Numbered from the stretch's first letter, positions 42,125-51,833 are shown. The stretch is 64,000 nucleotides of DNA from Fidelibacterota bacterium (GCA_014381725.1 JACNLC010000044.1:3033-67032), one strand, 5' to 3'. Made by a program: numbers and translations. The notes: generated by a model not told the origin, from the sequence alone.

Positions 42125-42369
42125 TGGAAACAATACATCTAGACGATTTTCTAACTGACGGTATTCTGAAAGAGAATGAATTTAGGGAAAAAGTTAACAA
42201 AATTGATTGGTCAGAATTTTCAAGAAAAACGGTTTTAATTCGTGGTTGTGCATCGGTGCCTGTACCTACTTGGGCACATCTGATAATTACAGCAGAATTA
42301 GCTCAATTTGCCAAAGAAATATGCTACGGTGAACCTAATTCATTTCTGAAAGTTTATTCAAAAAAATGA
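42124..42369 (+). CDS. Small conserved protein resembling a single repeat of DUF2480
   Basis: 81 aa from the ATG at 42124 (TAATG overlap with iscA). GILKENEFREKVNKIDWSEF...VLIRGCASVPVPTWAHLIITAELAQFAKEICYGE resembles, from memory, the DUF2480 proteins found next to suf genes in Bacteroidota. The 42100 start would overlap iscA. Confidence 0.5.
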   Translation: METIHLDDFLTDGILKENEFREKVNKIDWSEFSRKTVLIRGCASVPVPTWAHLIITAELAQFAKEICYGEPNSFLKVYSKK

Positions 42370-42995
42370 ATTCAAAATCCTGCTGGAAATGCAAAAGTTT
42401 AATAGAGGAATTTAGGCATTTTTGTGCAGAGTGCGATACAATTCAACCACCGAGTGAAGAAAATTTCTATAAGTTTATGAGATTTGAGAAAAAACTCGGA
42501 ATTTGCACAGCAACTCTGCAAAATCGGTATTACGAGTTAAGTCGTAAATTTCATCCTGATTATTATCAAAATAAATCGTCTCAAGAATTAACTTTCGCTT
42601 TGAAGTATTCATCAATCTTGAATAGAGCATATTTCACTCTAAAAAATCCTATAGCACGAGTTCGATACTTGATGATGTTGGAAGGAATCCACGAAAACAG
42701 AGATAGTGGAAGTATCCCTGTGAAATTTGCTGAAGATATTTTTGAAATACAGGATTGTTTAATGGAATATAAATCAAACCCCGAAAGTCATTGCGAAGAT
42801 GAATTGCAGAATCATCATCAAAAACTGAAACTAGATATTGATGAAATTGATCAACATATCCACAAATATTTTCAAAATTATGATGCATCTGAAAATGATA
42901 AAGAAAAATTGGATGTTCTAAACAACATCAGTCTATTGCTAACAGATAGAAATTATCTTGACAAAATGAAAACAGAACTCGACGGAGTACTTTAA
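42366..42995 (+). CDS. hscB: Fe-S co-chaperone HscB (J-domain) with an N-terminal Cys4 motif
   Basis: 209 aa. J-domain HPD (KFHPDYY). N-terminal CWKC-x10-CAEC. ATGA overlap with the upstream gene and TAATG overlap with hscA. Confidence 0.85.
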   Translation: MNSKSCWKCKSLIEEFRHFCAECDTIQPPSEENFYKFMRFEKKLGICTATLQNRYYELSRKFHPDYYQNKSSQELTFALKYSSILNRAYFTLKNPIARVRYLMMLEGIHENRDSGSIPVKFAEDIFEIQDCLMEYKSNPESHCEDELQNHHQKLKLDIDEIDQHIHKYFQNYDASENDKEKLDVLNNISLLLTDRNYLDKMKTELDGVL

Positions 42996-44833
42996 TGAAA
43001 ACTGTAATCGGAATTGACCTTGGGACTACAAATTCATTGGTGGCAATTATGAAAAATGGCGTTCCGCAAATTCTCGAAAATAAAAATGGTGAACGAATTC
43101 TACCATCTGTATTGGCATTTATGGAAAATGGTAAGATTCTAGTTGGTAATCCCGCAAAAGAGCTTCGCTCTGAAATTCCATTTAGCGTTGTTGCATCTAC
43201 TAAAAGATTAATAGGGAAAGGAATCAATGATTTAACTGAAGAAGACAAATTATTTTTTCCATTCGATTTTTCTGAATCAGACGAAACTGGGATTTTGAAA
43301 TTTCGCGTTCAGAATCATACTGTAACTCCACAAGAGCTATCGGCACGGTTACTGTTGGAGTTAAAACGAATAACTGAAAAATCTTTGGGCGAATCTGTAA
43401 CAGATGCAGTAATTACAGTCCCGGCTTATTTCAATGATACCCAGCGACAAGCCACAAAAGATGCGGGCGAACTTGCCGGATTAAAAGTATTGCGTGTTGT
43501 TAACGAACCAACTGCAGCTGCATTGGCGTATGGTTTACAGAAAAATCAACAAGGCACAATTGCAGTATTTGATTTGGGTGGTGGAACTTTTGATATTTCT
43601 ATCCTTCAGCTTAAAGAGGGAATTTTTGAGGTCATTTCCACTAACGGAGATACTCATCTCGGTGGTGATGATTTTGATATGAAACTCGTTAAACTATTTC
43701 AGCAGGGGATTGAAGAAATTCAACCGGATTTTTTCAACATTTATCCTGAAGCTCACTATTTTATTCGTAAAATTGCCGAGCAGACAAAAATATATTTATC
43801 AACTCAAGACGAAGCTCCAGTAACAATTCAGTATCCTAAAGGAAATCTGAATTTCAAAACGACCATTACAAAATCTAAGTTTGAAGAGCTGGTTTCTCCA
43901 GTTTTACAAAAAGCATTCGATGCTTGCGAAATTGCATTGAAAGATGCTGGATTTCAACAATCGGATATTGATGATGTAGTTATGGTTGGAGGGTCAACTC
44001 GAATTCCATTAGTGAGAAAGAAAGTTGAGGAATTCTTCGACAAATCTCCAAAAACCGATATCAATCCGGATGAAGTGGTGGCGTTGGGAGCATCAATTCA
44101 GGCGAATATTTTAGCTGAAGGAAATACCGATATGCTTCTGTTAGATGTGGTTCCGTTGTCGCTTGGAATGGAAACTTACGGAGGAGTTATGAATAAGGTG
44201 ATTATTCGTAATACGAAAATTCCTACTACTCACACAGAAGTTTACACTAATTTTGCTGATGGACAGAATGCAATCAATTTCAATATCTATCAAGGTGAAC
44301 GGGAAATGGTGAAAGATTGTAATCATCTCGCAAGTTTCAAATTATCCGGATTGGAATCACTTCCTGCTGGCGTTCATCGTATTGAAACTACATTTTTAGT
44401 GGATGCAAATGGAATTCTCAACATCTCTGCAATTGACCAACGGACTCAAAAAGAACAAAAAGTTCAGGTAAATCCGAGTTATGGTTTAAAAGATGATGAT
44501 ATTAAAACGATTGTCAGAGATTCATTTTTGAATGCTGAAGACGATTTCAAAGAAAGAATGCTTGCGGAATCTCGCTCGGAAGCTACACAAGTTTTGAATG
44601 CGGCACATAAAGCGTTAGAGGAACATCAAAATCTAATTGAATCGTCTGAAGAAATGGAAGATATCAGACTTTCCATAAAAGAGCTGGAAGAATATGTCAA
44701 AAAAGATGACCAAAACATTATAATTGCACTAACTGAAAGTTTAAGTGAAGCTACTAATTCGTTAGCAGTTAGGATTATGAATGTAGCAACTAAAAAATCG
44801 TTAAAAGACCAAAATGTAAAGGATATTAAATAA
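42995..44833 (+). CDS. hscA: Fe-S chaperone HscA (Hsp70 family)
   Basis: 612 aa. Hsp70 motifs IGIDLGTTNS, DLGGGTFD and VGGSTRIP. Operon position between hscB and fdx. Confidence 0.95.
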   Translation: MKTVIGIDLGTTNSLVAIMKNGVPQILENKNGERILPSVLAFMENGKILVGNPAKELRSEIPFSVVASTKRLIGKGINDLTEEDKLFFPFDFSESDETGILKFRVQNHTVTPQELSARLLLELKRITEKSLGESVTDAVITVPAYFNDTQRQATKDAGELAGLKVLRVVNEPTAAALAYGLQKNQQGTIAVFDLGGGTFDISILQLKEGIFEVISTNGDTHLGGDDFDMKLVKLFQQGIEEIQPDFFNIYPEAHYFIRKIAEQTKIYLSTQDEAPVTIQYPKGNLNFKTTITKSKFEELVSPVLQKAFDACEIALKDAGFQQSDIDDVVMVGGSTRIPLVRKKVEEFFDKSPKTDINPDEVVALGASIQANILAEGNTDMLLLDVVPLSLGMETYGGVMNKVIIRNTKIPTTHTEVYTNFADGQNAINFNIYQGEREMVKDCNHLASFKLSGLESLPAGVHRIETTFLVDANGILNISAIDQRTQKEQKVQVNPSYGLKDDDIKTIVRDSFLNAEDDFKERMLAESRSEATQVLNAAHKALEEHQNLIESSEEMEDIRLSIKELEEYVKKDDQNIIIALTESLSEATNSLAVRIMNVATKKSLKDQNVKDIK

Positions 44834-45156
44834 TGGGAAAATACACAGTTAAATTTCTTCCTATGGATATTTCGGTTGATGTAGATTCAGATGAATATCC
44901 ATACAGCGACCACGGAGAATCTGGTTCAATTTTGGATATTGCACTTGCAAATGATATTGACCTTTTCCATAATTGTGGTGGAGTAGGAGCGTGTGCAACC
45001 TGCCATATTATTGTTAAAAACGGAATGGAGAATTTATCCGAAATGGATGACGATGAAGCTGATATCATTGATGAAGCAGATGGTTCAACATTAAATTCTC
45101 GTCTGGGATGCCAATGTGTGGTTCAAGGTGATGTAACGATAGAAATTCCGGAGTGA
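44833..45156 (+). CDS. fdx: [2Fe-2S] ferredoxin, ISC (adrenodoxin) type
   Basis: 107 aa. C-x5-C-x2-C (CGGVGACATC) plus a distal Cys (LGCQC). TAATG overlap with hscA. Confidence 0.9.
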   Translation: MGKYTVKFLPMDISVDVDSDEYPYSDHGESGSILDIALANDIDLFHNCGGVGACATCHIIVKNGMENLSEMDDDEADIIDEADGSTLNSRLGCQCVVQGDVTIEIPE

Positions 45157-45245
45157 TGTAATATCATTAATTATTATTAGGATATCTTAGGAAGGTTCTG
45201 AAGATAATAAACTTACATAATATCGAAATTGAGCTGAAAAAACGA

Positions 45246-45818
45246 TTGGTTTATCCTTATCAATGGGGCAGAAAACAATCTGATAATTGGGATAAGCAAA
45301 CTAATTTTATTTATAAAACTTACAGCTTTGATTCTCTTTTACTTAAAGTAAAAAAATATGAAAAACCACTTTTCAACTATTCCCTAAATCGATGGTATAA
45401 TTTTTGGTCTGCTATGGCAGTTGAGAATATTTTAGCAACTCATCAATGTGTTATTCCTAATCGAAACTCTAAAGATAAACTTGTAGATTTTACAATAAAT
45501 GAGATTCCGTTTGACCATAAGACTTCCGTATTTCCAAAAGGGTTTGGTCAATCATTTGATTATGCTCGCAATAATAAAAAAGAGTTGATATTATGGTTAT
45601 ATAGAAACCAAAGTCAAGAAGGTAGAAAACATCTTAACAATAGATTGTTTGTTGTGTTATACGATGAAAAAGAAAATCAACATTGGAAATTAAAAGCAGA
45701 AATTTCACTTCTTAAATCTGCTATAGACAAATATCTCAAAAAGTTATCTCATAATGATTTGGTTCAATTAAACTTTGGTGATGGTTTAGTTCTATCGGAT
45801 ATTATTTGGATCAAATAA
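45246..45818 (+). CDS. Hypothetical protein, possible PD-(D/E)xK nuclease fold
   Basis: 190 aa from a TTG. The frame is open back to 45171 with no ATG. E (AVENIL)...D (LVDF)-x10-DHK is compatible with a PD-(D/E)xK core. No family recognised. Confidence 0.4.
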   Translation: MVYPYQWGRKQSDNWDKQTNFIYKTYSFDSLLLKVKKYEKPLFNYSLNRWYNFWSAMAVENILATHQCVIPNRNSKDKLVDFTINEIPFDHKTSVFPKGFGQSFDYARNNKKELILWLYRNQSQEGRKHLNNRLFVVLYDEKENQHWKLKAEISLLKSAIDKYLKKLSHNDLVQLNFGDGLVLSDIIWIK

Positions 45819-45847
45819 TATTCCCTTTGACCATATTACCATAATAG

Positions 45848-47464
45848 TTATCCTGGCGGTGGCTCAATCACATTTCCTCTGTTAAGTATGTAATATGGAT
45901 CAATACAAGCTTTGGATTTTATAACTTGATTAACTGCATCCTGTCCGTAACATTTTAGAAAATCTGTTCGTTTTCGTTTACCAGTTCCGTGTTCTGCTGA
46001 ATAAACACCACCAAGTTCAGATGATTTTTCGATAATTAGCTGATAACATTTCTCAGCTACAGTTTGTTGATCTTGTCTAGGTAGAATATGGAAATGTAAA
46101 TGACAATCGCCTAAATGGCCAAATAATAGATATTCGATGTAGTTATCTCGTAATAATTTATGAGTATATTTTAGAAATTTGTTAAAATTACCTGGTGGAA
46201 CGATCGTATCTGTAACAATACCATTTACTTCATTTTTGCGAATGATTTCTAAAGCATTTGCAGGCATTGAATGGCGTGCTTCAAAAAACTTTCTCCTACT
46301 TTGAGAATCTTGTAATACAATCACATTTTCTTCTTTGAAATGTGGAATTATGGAATGAAAACGATCAATCCATTCTTTCGCAACATTTTCAAAATCATCT
46401 TTATAAATTGGGATGCTTACATAAATTCCAACTGCATTTTCATTTGAAAAAAAATTATCCCGATGATCCATAAATTTAATACAATTGTAACCAAAATATT
46501 CAAAAGCTAGCACAGAATCCCAGCTAAAATCTGATTGTTTATCAAGTGCAGACAATAATTGTAATGCAACTTTTTCACTTTGCAATGTCAAAAATAAATC
46601 TAAATAATGCACAGGATTTTCTGCTAATTTGAATACACACTTTGTAACCAAACCGAAAATTCCTTCACTACCAATAATTAAATCTACAAAATCTAGTACT
46701 CCGTTTGGTGAAGAATAAGGTCCACTAGCATTTTTTATTTTAGGACGACTATAAGTAGGAACTGTAAATCGAATAGTCTCATTTTCACTTTCCAAGAGAA
46801 ATTCACCATTTTCAGAAATATATTGATTTCTTTTTGCAAATATAAGTTTACCGTTAGGGAGAATGAATTCAATTTCTTCCACCCACTTTCGTGTAGCACC
46901 ATTATCACCGGGGATAAACCCAGATGCATTTGTTGAAATTGTTCCTCCTACACTAGCATCTTCTCTGCTAGTTGGATCAACTGGATAAATCAGTTTATTC
47001 AACGATTGTTGTTTTACTGCTATACGCATATTTTCTAAAATGATTCCGGTTGCTGTGGAAACAGTTTGATTTTCTAAGTCAACAGATATATCTGGTTTGG
47101 TGAGTTTAACAGTTGAAACAATTATACCACCTTTTGGCGTTGCACTACCTGTTAAATTCGATTGACCACCTGTAATTGTTATTGGAATTTTACATTGATA
47201 ACAAGTCGAGAATATTACTGAACATTCTATAGCAGATTTGGGACGACAAACTCCATTGGCAAATCCAGTCATATTTGAGCTATCGATTGCAAAACTACTA
47301 ACAATATCCTGATCTATTGAAGTATCGATGTTAAATTTACTTGAGAAAAATTCTGCGAGTAAATTGAAATCTTGTGATTGAATAAAATTGTTACTAAACT
47401 GTTCAATCAGATTTAACTCATTTGGTGATAAAATTTGTTGTAGTTTGATTATATGTGTACTCAT
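45848..47464 (-). CDS. FAD-binding oxidoreductase (GlcD / D-lactate dehydrogenase family)
   Basis: 538 aa. FAD_binding_4-like N-terminal domain (ITITGGQSNLTGSATP) and a C-terminal FAD-oxidase domain (GHLGDCHLHFHIL, SAEHGTGKRK). Confidence 0.8.
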   Translation of the reverse strand: MSTHIIKLQQILSPNELNLIEQFSNNFIQSQDFNLLAEFFSSKFNIDTSIDQDIVSSFAIDSSNMTGFANGVCRPKSAIECSVIFSTCYQCKIPITITGGQSNLTGSATPKGGIIVSTVKLTKPDISVDLENQTVSTATGIILENMRIAVKQQSLNKLIYPVDPTSREDASVGGTISTNASGFIPGDNGATRKWVEEIEFILPNGKLIFAKRNQYISENGEFLLESENETIRFTVPTYSRPKIKNASGPYSSPNGVLDFVDLIIGSEGIFGLVTKCVFKLAENPVHYLDLFLTLQSEKVALQLLSALDKQSDFSWDSVLAFEYFGYNCIKFMDHRDNFFSNENAVGIYVSIPIYKDDFENVAKEWIDRFHSIIPHFKEENVIVLQDSQSRRKFFEARHSMPANALEIIRKNEVNGIVTDTIVPPGNFNKFLKYTHKLLRDNYIEYLLFGHLGDCHLHFHILPRQDQQTVAEKCYQLIIEKSSELGGVYSAEHGTGKRKRTDFLKCYGQDAVNQVIKSKACIDPYYILNRGNVIEPPPG

Positions 47465-47616
47465 TATTCTGAATATTGTCTGGTATCTATAAGCAAATTT
47501 ACTGATAAATATATGATTCCAGTATAATATTTGATTACGAATTTCTTTTTGTACCAGTCATTTTTCTTGTAAATTCGAGTGTCAATCAAGCTGTAAATTT
47601 TAACAAAAGGTATTTT

Positions 47617-48270
47617 ATGAGAAAAATAATTCTACTATTAGTAATGTTAATTTCAATCGTTTTTGCAAAAGTACCAAATTGGGGAGTTAATCCTTGGGAT
47701 TTCAAATATACTGCAACTCACACTTGCGTTTTGATTGTAGATGGAGTTGAATCGACTGATGAATCCGATATAATTGGTGCATTTGCTGATGGTGAATGTC
47801 GTGGACTTGCAAGACCAACTTATTTCCCAATGCCGGGTAAAGAACGACATACTGTTAATATGATGCTGTATAGTAATCAATCCTACGGAGAATTTATTAA
47901 TTTCAAAGCGTATGATGCTTCATTGGACCAAATCTTTGATATACAAAATTATGAAATTGAATTTATTGAGAATGAAAATCATGGCGATGACATCAATGTG
48001 ATAAAACTGTATTGTATAACAAAAGCTAAAGAGAATAAAAGTACAAAAATCGACGAAAGTACTTTTTCAGTAGTTTCTGTAAGTATTCGACTTAACTCCA
48101 TTTTAGAATTAAAAGATGGGTTGAATATTCCAATTAACTCAATCGAAAATGGAGAATTTGTATTATCAGCGTTGAAAAATAATATTTCTGTATTTGTAGA
48201 GGATGAAAATGGAATAACTCCATTTATTCTAAAATTAAAACAAGGCAAAATTTACTTAAAAACCAACTAG
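47617..48270 (+). CDS. Secreted hypothetical protein
   Basis: 217 aa with a signal peptide (MRKIILLLVMLISIVFA). Residues about 20-130 share a domain pattern with the middle of the T9SS protein at about 813-1175 (D.IG.F..G.C.G...; FK.YDAS). Confidence 0.6.
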   Translation: MRKIILLLVMLISIVFAKVPNWGVNPWDFKYTATHTCVLIVDGVESTDESDIIGAFADGECRGLARPTYFPMPGKERHTVNMMLYSNQSYGEFINFKAYDASLDQIFDIQNYEIEFIENENHGDDINVIKLYCITKAKENKSTKIDESTFSVVSVSIRLNSILELKDGLNIPINSIENGEFVLSALKNNISVFVEDENGITPFILKLKQGKIYLKTN

Positions 48271-48277
48271 AATTCTA

Positions 48278-49459
48278 ATGGCAATAAAACTAAAAGGTTT
48301 AGATTATCTAAATATAGCATCAGAATTTTCTGATGATGAAATTTTAGTACAGCATACAGCTAGAAATTTTGTGGAAAATGAAATCCTACAAATAATCGAG
48401 AAACATTTTGAAGAAGGAACATTCCCAATTCATTTAGTTCAACAATTTGCAGATTTAGGATTTCTTGGAGTGAATATTCCAGAAGAATTTGGCGGAGCAG
48501 GATTATCTAATCTGGCTTACGGACTTGTTTGCCAAGAGTTGGAAAAAGGAGATTCTGGGATTCGGTCATTTGTATCTGTTCAAGGTTCTCTTGTGATGTA
48601 TCCAATTTTCAAATATGGAAATAAAAACCAAAAAGAAAAATGGATACCTTTGTTAGCAAATAGTAAAATAATTGGTTGCTTCGGATTAACAGAACCAGAT
48701 TTCGGTTCTAATCCAGCCGGACTTACAACTCGAGCTCAAAAAGTAAGTGGTGGATATATCTTGAACGGAACAAAAATGTGGATAACCAATGGAAGTATTG
48801 CAGATATTGCCATTGTTTGGGCTAAAACAGACGATGATGTAATTCGAGGATTCATTGTAGAAAAAGAGTTTGAAGGTTTCTCTGCCCCAGAAATGAAAAA
48901 TAAATGGTCTCTTAGAGCTTCTGTTACTTCCGAATTAGTCTTGGATAATGTGTTTGTTCCTGAAGAGAATCTATTACCAAATATCGAGGGAGTAAAAGGT
49001 CCGCTTGGTTGTTTATCACAGGCAAGATTTGGAATTGCATTTGGATCAATAGGATCTGCAATGGCTGTTTATGAAGCTTCACTCAAATATGCAAGAGAAC
49101 GAATTCAATTTGATAAACCGATAGCATCTTTTCAATTAGTTCAAGAAAAACTAGTTTGGATGTTAAACGAAATTACAAAAGGTCAATTATTAGCTCTGCA
49201 GGTTGGTAAAAATAAAGATAACGGTACTGCAACATTTCAACAAATATCAATGGCTAAGCGCAACAATGTTTGGGTTGCTAGGGAATGTGCAAAACTAGCT
49301 CGAGAAATTCACGGTGCAAATGGAATTTCGAGTGAATATCCAATTATGAGACATCTAATGAATATCGAGAGTGTTTACACTTACGAAGGTACACACGATA
49401 TGCACACACTAATACTAGGCCAAGATGTAACAGGAATTCAAGCTTTTAGTGATAACTGA
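48278..49459 (+). CDS. gcdH: Glutaryl-CoA dehydrogenase
   Basis: 393 aa. GCFGLTEPDFGSNP, MWITNGSIADIAIVWAK, GPLGCLSQARFGIAFG and YTYEGTHDMHTLILGQDVTG match the GCDH pattern closely. Confidence 0.9.
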   Translation: MAIKLKGLDYLNIASEFSDDEILVQHTARNFVENEILQIIEKHFEEGTFPIHLVQQFADLGFLGVNIPEEFGGAGLSNLAYGLVCQELEKGDSGIRSFVSVQGSLVMYPIFKYGNKNQKEKWIPLLANSKIIGCFGLTEPDFGSNPAGLTTRAQKVSGGYILNGTKMWITNGSIADIAIVWAKTDDDVIRGFIVEKEFEGFSAPEMKNKWSLRASVTSELVLDNVFVPEENLLPNIEGVKGPLGCLSQARFGIAFGSIGSAMAVYEASLKYARERIQFDKPIASFQLVQEKLVWMLNEITKGQLLALQVGKNKDNGTATFQQISMAKRNNVWVARECAKLAREIHGANGISSEYPIMRHLMNIESVYTYEGTHDMHTLILGQDVTGIQAFSDN

Positions 49460-50880
49460 TGGGAAGTAAAACAATCAGAGCATTACTTTTTTGGGTTCAG
49501 CAAAAACGCTGGTTACTTCTGATTCTCTTTGTTGGTTTGACGATGTATTGGCTACCTTATCCAGAGAGTATTTCAGCTCAAGGGTATAGGACATTTATCA
49601 TTTGTGTGATGGTTGTCGCCTTAATTATTACAGAGCCAGTCCCACTCCCTGCAGTAGCTTTACTCATAGCAATTTTGGAAGTAGCATTTAGAATTACTGA
49701 TCCGACAGGAGCAGCAAAGTCGTTTATGGGTGATTCTGTATTTTTCATTATGGGATCATTGATGATGGCGGTCGCAATCGTACATCAAGGGTTAGATACT
49801 CGGTTAGCCCTCGGAATTATTGAATTAACTGGAAACAAAGTTAGAAATATAGTTTTTGGATTTACTGCAATATCTGCGATTTTATCTTCATTTGTAGGTG
49901 AACATACCGTTGTAGCTATGATGTTGCCAGTTGGATTATCTTTGATTCGCAATATGCCTAAAGGGAAAAAGATTCCAAATTTGACAGCTCTAATTTTGTT
50001 TTCAATTGCTTATGGGTCAACAATCGGTAGTATTGGAACTCCATCTGGGGGCGCTAGAAATGCCATTATGATTGAATATTGGCGTACTTTTACAGACACT
50101 ACTTTAACTTATACACAATGGATTGTCATGGCATATCCTGTAGTATTGATTGGTATTGCATCAGCTTCAATCTTACTAATGTTTGCTTTTAAACCTGAGT
50201 ATAAAATTATGGATACAGCAGTAAGAAAATTAAGAGTTCAAGTTGCAAAGCGAGGGAGAATTGCAGGAAACGAAATTCTTAGTATTATTATTTTTTCAAT
50301 TACTTTTTTGTGCTGGGTTTTTCTAAACGAAAAAATTGGAATGGGCATCATCGCTATTGGTGGAGCATTTTTATATATGGCAACAGGTTTAATCGAATGG
50401 AAACAAGTTAGTAAAGAAACCAATTGGGGAGTGATTTTACTATTTGCAGGTGCAATATCTTTGGGTACTCATATGAAACTAACTGGAACTGCAGTATGGC
50501 TTGGGGAATCTGTAATTTTAGCAACAGGTGGTCTGATGGAGCAGTTTGAATTATTTAGAAATTTTATTGTAATAATAATGACTACGGTTATGTCCAATAT
50601 TATGAGTTCAAGCGGTACGATTGCAGTTTTAGGTCCAATTGTTTTGAATATGGGCGGTGATCCACTTTTTATGGGAATGTCAGCAGCTATTGCATCCGCT
50701 TTTGGTTATTTTTCTGCAGTTGCTGCACCTGCGTGTATGATTATTTATTCTTCAGGTCTCGTCAAAGTTACAGATTTTCTAAAGGCAGGATGGAGGCTCG
50801 GACTTGCTTCCATTGTTACATTGTTGATCATAACTCAATTTTATTGGCCTTATGTTAAATGGCTTACAAATTTTCAATAG
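49459..50880 (+). CDS. DASS/SLC13-family anion (di/tricarboxylate or sulfate) transporter
   Basis: 473 aa, polytopic. Repeated hairpin motifs (GSTIGSIGTPSGGARN; SNIMSSSGTIAVLGPI) typical of the CitT/NaDC/ArsB-NhaD superfamily. TGATG overlap with gcdH. Confidence 0.75.
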   Translation: MGSKTIRALLFWVQQKRWLLLILFVGLTMYWLPYPESISAQGYRTFIICVMVVALIITEPVPLPAVALLIAILEVAFRITDPTGAAKSFMGDSVFFIMGSLMMAVAIVHQGLDTRLALGIIELTGNKVRNIVFGFTAISAILSSFVGEHTVVAMMLPVGLSLIRNMPKGKKIPNLTALILFSIAYGSTIGSIGTPSGGARNAIMIEYWRTFTDTTLTYTQWIVMAYPVVLIGIASASILLMFAFKPEYKIMDTAVRKLRVQVAKRGRIAGNEILSIIIFSITFLCWVFLNEKIGMGIIAIGGAFLYMATGLIEWKQVSKETNWGVILLFAGAISLGTHMKLTGTAVWLGESVILATGGLMEQFELFRNFIVIIMTTVMSNIMSSSGTIAVLGPIVLNMGGDPLFMGMSAAIASAFGYFSAVAAPACMIIYSSGLVKVTDFLKAGWRLGLASIVTLLIITQFYWPYVKWLTNFQ

Positions 50881-50890
50881 GGGAAATGTA

Positions 50891-51769
50891 ATGAGATTTT
50901 TAGTTGCAATAAAAGATACAAGTAAAGAATCAAAAAATATACTCCAGATAGCTGTAAAAATAGCAAGTGGTTTTGGAGCAGATATATCAGTTATCTTTGT
51001 GGGAAAAAAATCAAGAGACATTATAGCTTCTGAAGTTGATCTCGCTAGGAAATCTCTCGCAGAATGGAATATATATCATCCAGGTTTAGAAGTATTAGAG
51101 TGGGCCTACCAATCTTTGAAAGAGCTTAATTTTTTACCAGAAAATGAGATTGAATTCAAACCTGAAAATCTTGTAGAGGATAAAAATAGGGTTAGAATGG
51201 TTCTTCCCTATACTTCAGGACAAAAAATCCGATTAATTCTTAGAGAAGGTCAACTTTTGGAAGAGTTAAAAAAAGAGTTAGATTTTAGGGAATATGAATT
51301 AATTATGGTTGGAAATCCAAAATCAAATAGGAATATTCATCAAATAGTACAATTTCTTGATTCTAGTATATTCATAATTAAGAATTTTGATCCATCGTGG
51401 AATTACAAAATACTTTTATGTGTAGATGACTCCAATTCAACTAAAAGAGCTGTTATGTTTGGTGCACAAATTTCAAAACATTTTCATGCAGAAGTAAATG
51501 TAATTACCGTAAGTAAAACTAAACGATTTGGGAAAGGCTATAGAAATGCTTCTCGTTGGGCTGGCAAGTATTTGAATCTTCAAAAAGTTCCTCATAATGT
51601 GAATATGATAACGGGAAAACCAACTGATACATTTGTGAAGCAAGCTGGCTCCGATCATATTATTGTTATGGGAAAAGCAAAAGGGAATGAGTTTTTTAAA
51701 TACTTCAAAGGAAGCAAACCAATTCATACTGCACAAAAAGCAGAATGTCCAATTTTAATTGTACAGTAA
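50891..51769 (+). CDS. Tandem universal stress protein (two UspA domains)
   Basis: Two USP-like halves (MRFLVAIKDTSKESKNILQ...; YKILLCVDDSNSTKRAVMF...AECPILIV). I place the start at the ATG at 50891, preceded by GGGGA, rather than at 50852, which lies inside the transporter gene. Confidence 0.75.
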   Translation: MRFLVAIKDTSKESKNILQIAVKIASGFGADISVIFVGKKSRDIIASEVDLARKSLAEWNIYHPGLEVLEWAYQSLKELNFLPENEIEFKPENLVEDKNRVRMVLPYTSGQKIRLILREGQLLEELKKELDFREYELIMVGNPKSNRNIHQIVQFLDSSIFIIKNFDPSWNYKILLCVDDSNSTKRAVMFGAQISKHFHAEVNVITVSKTKRFGKGYRNASRWAGKYLNLQKVPHNVNMITGKPTDTFVKQAGSDHIIVMGKAKGNEFFKYFKGSKPIHTAQKAECPILIVQ

Positions 51770-51833
51770 AAATAAATATTGGATGATAAGTTAATTGTCC
51801 AATAAATTACTGGACTTTATGAGAGTGAAAAAT

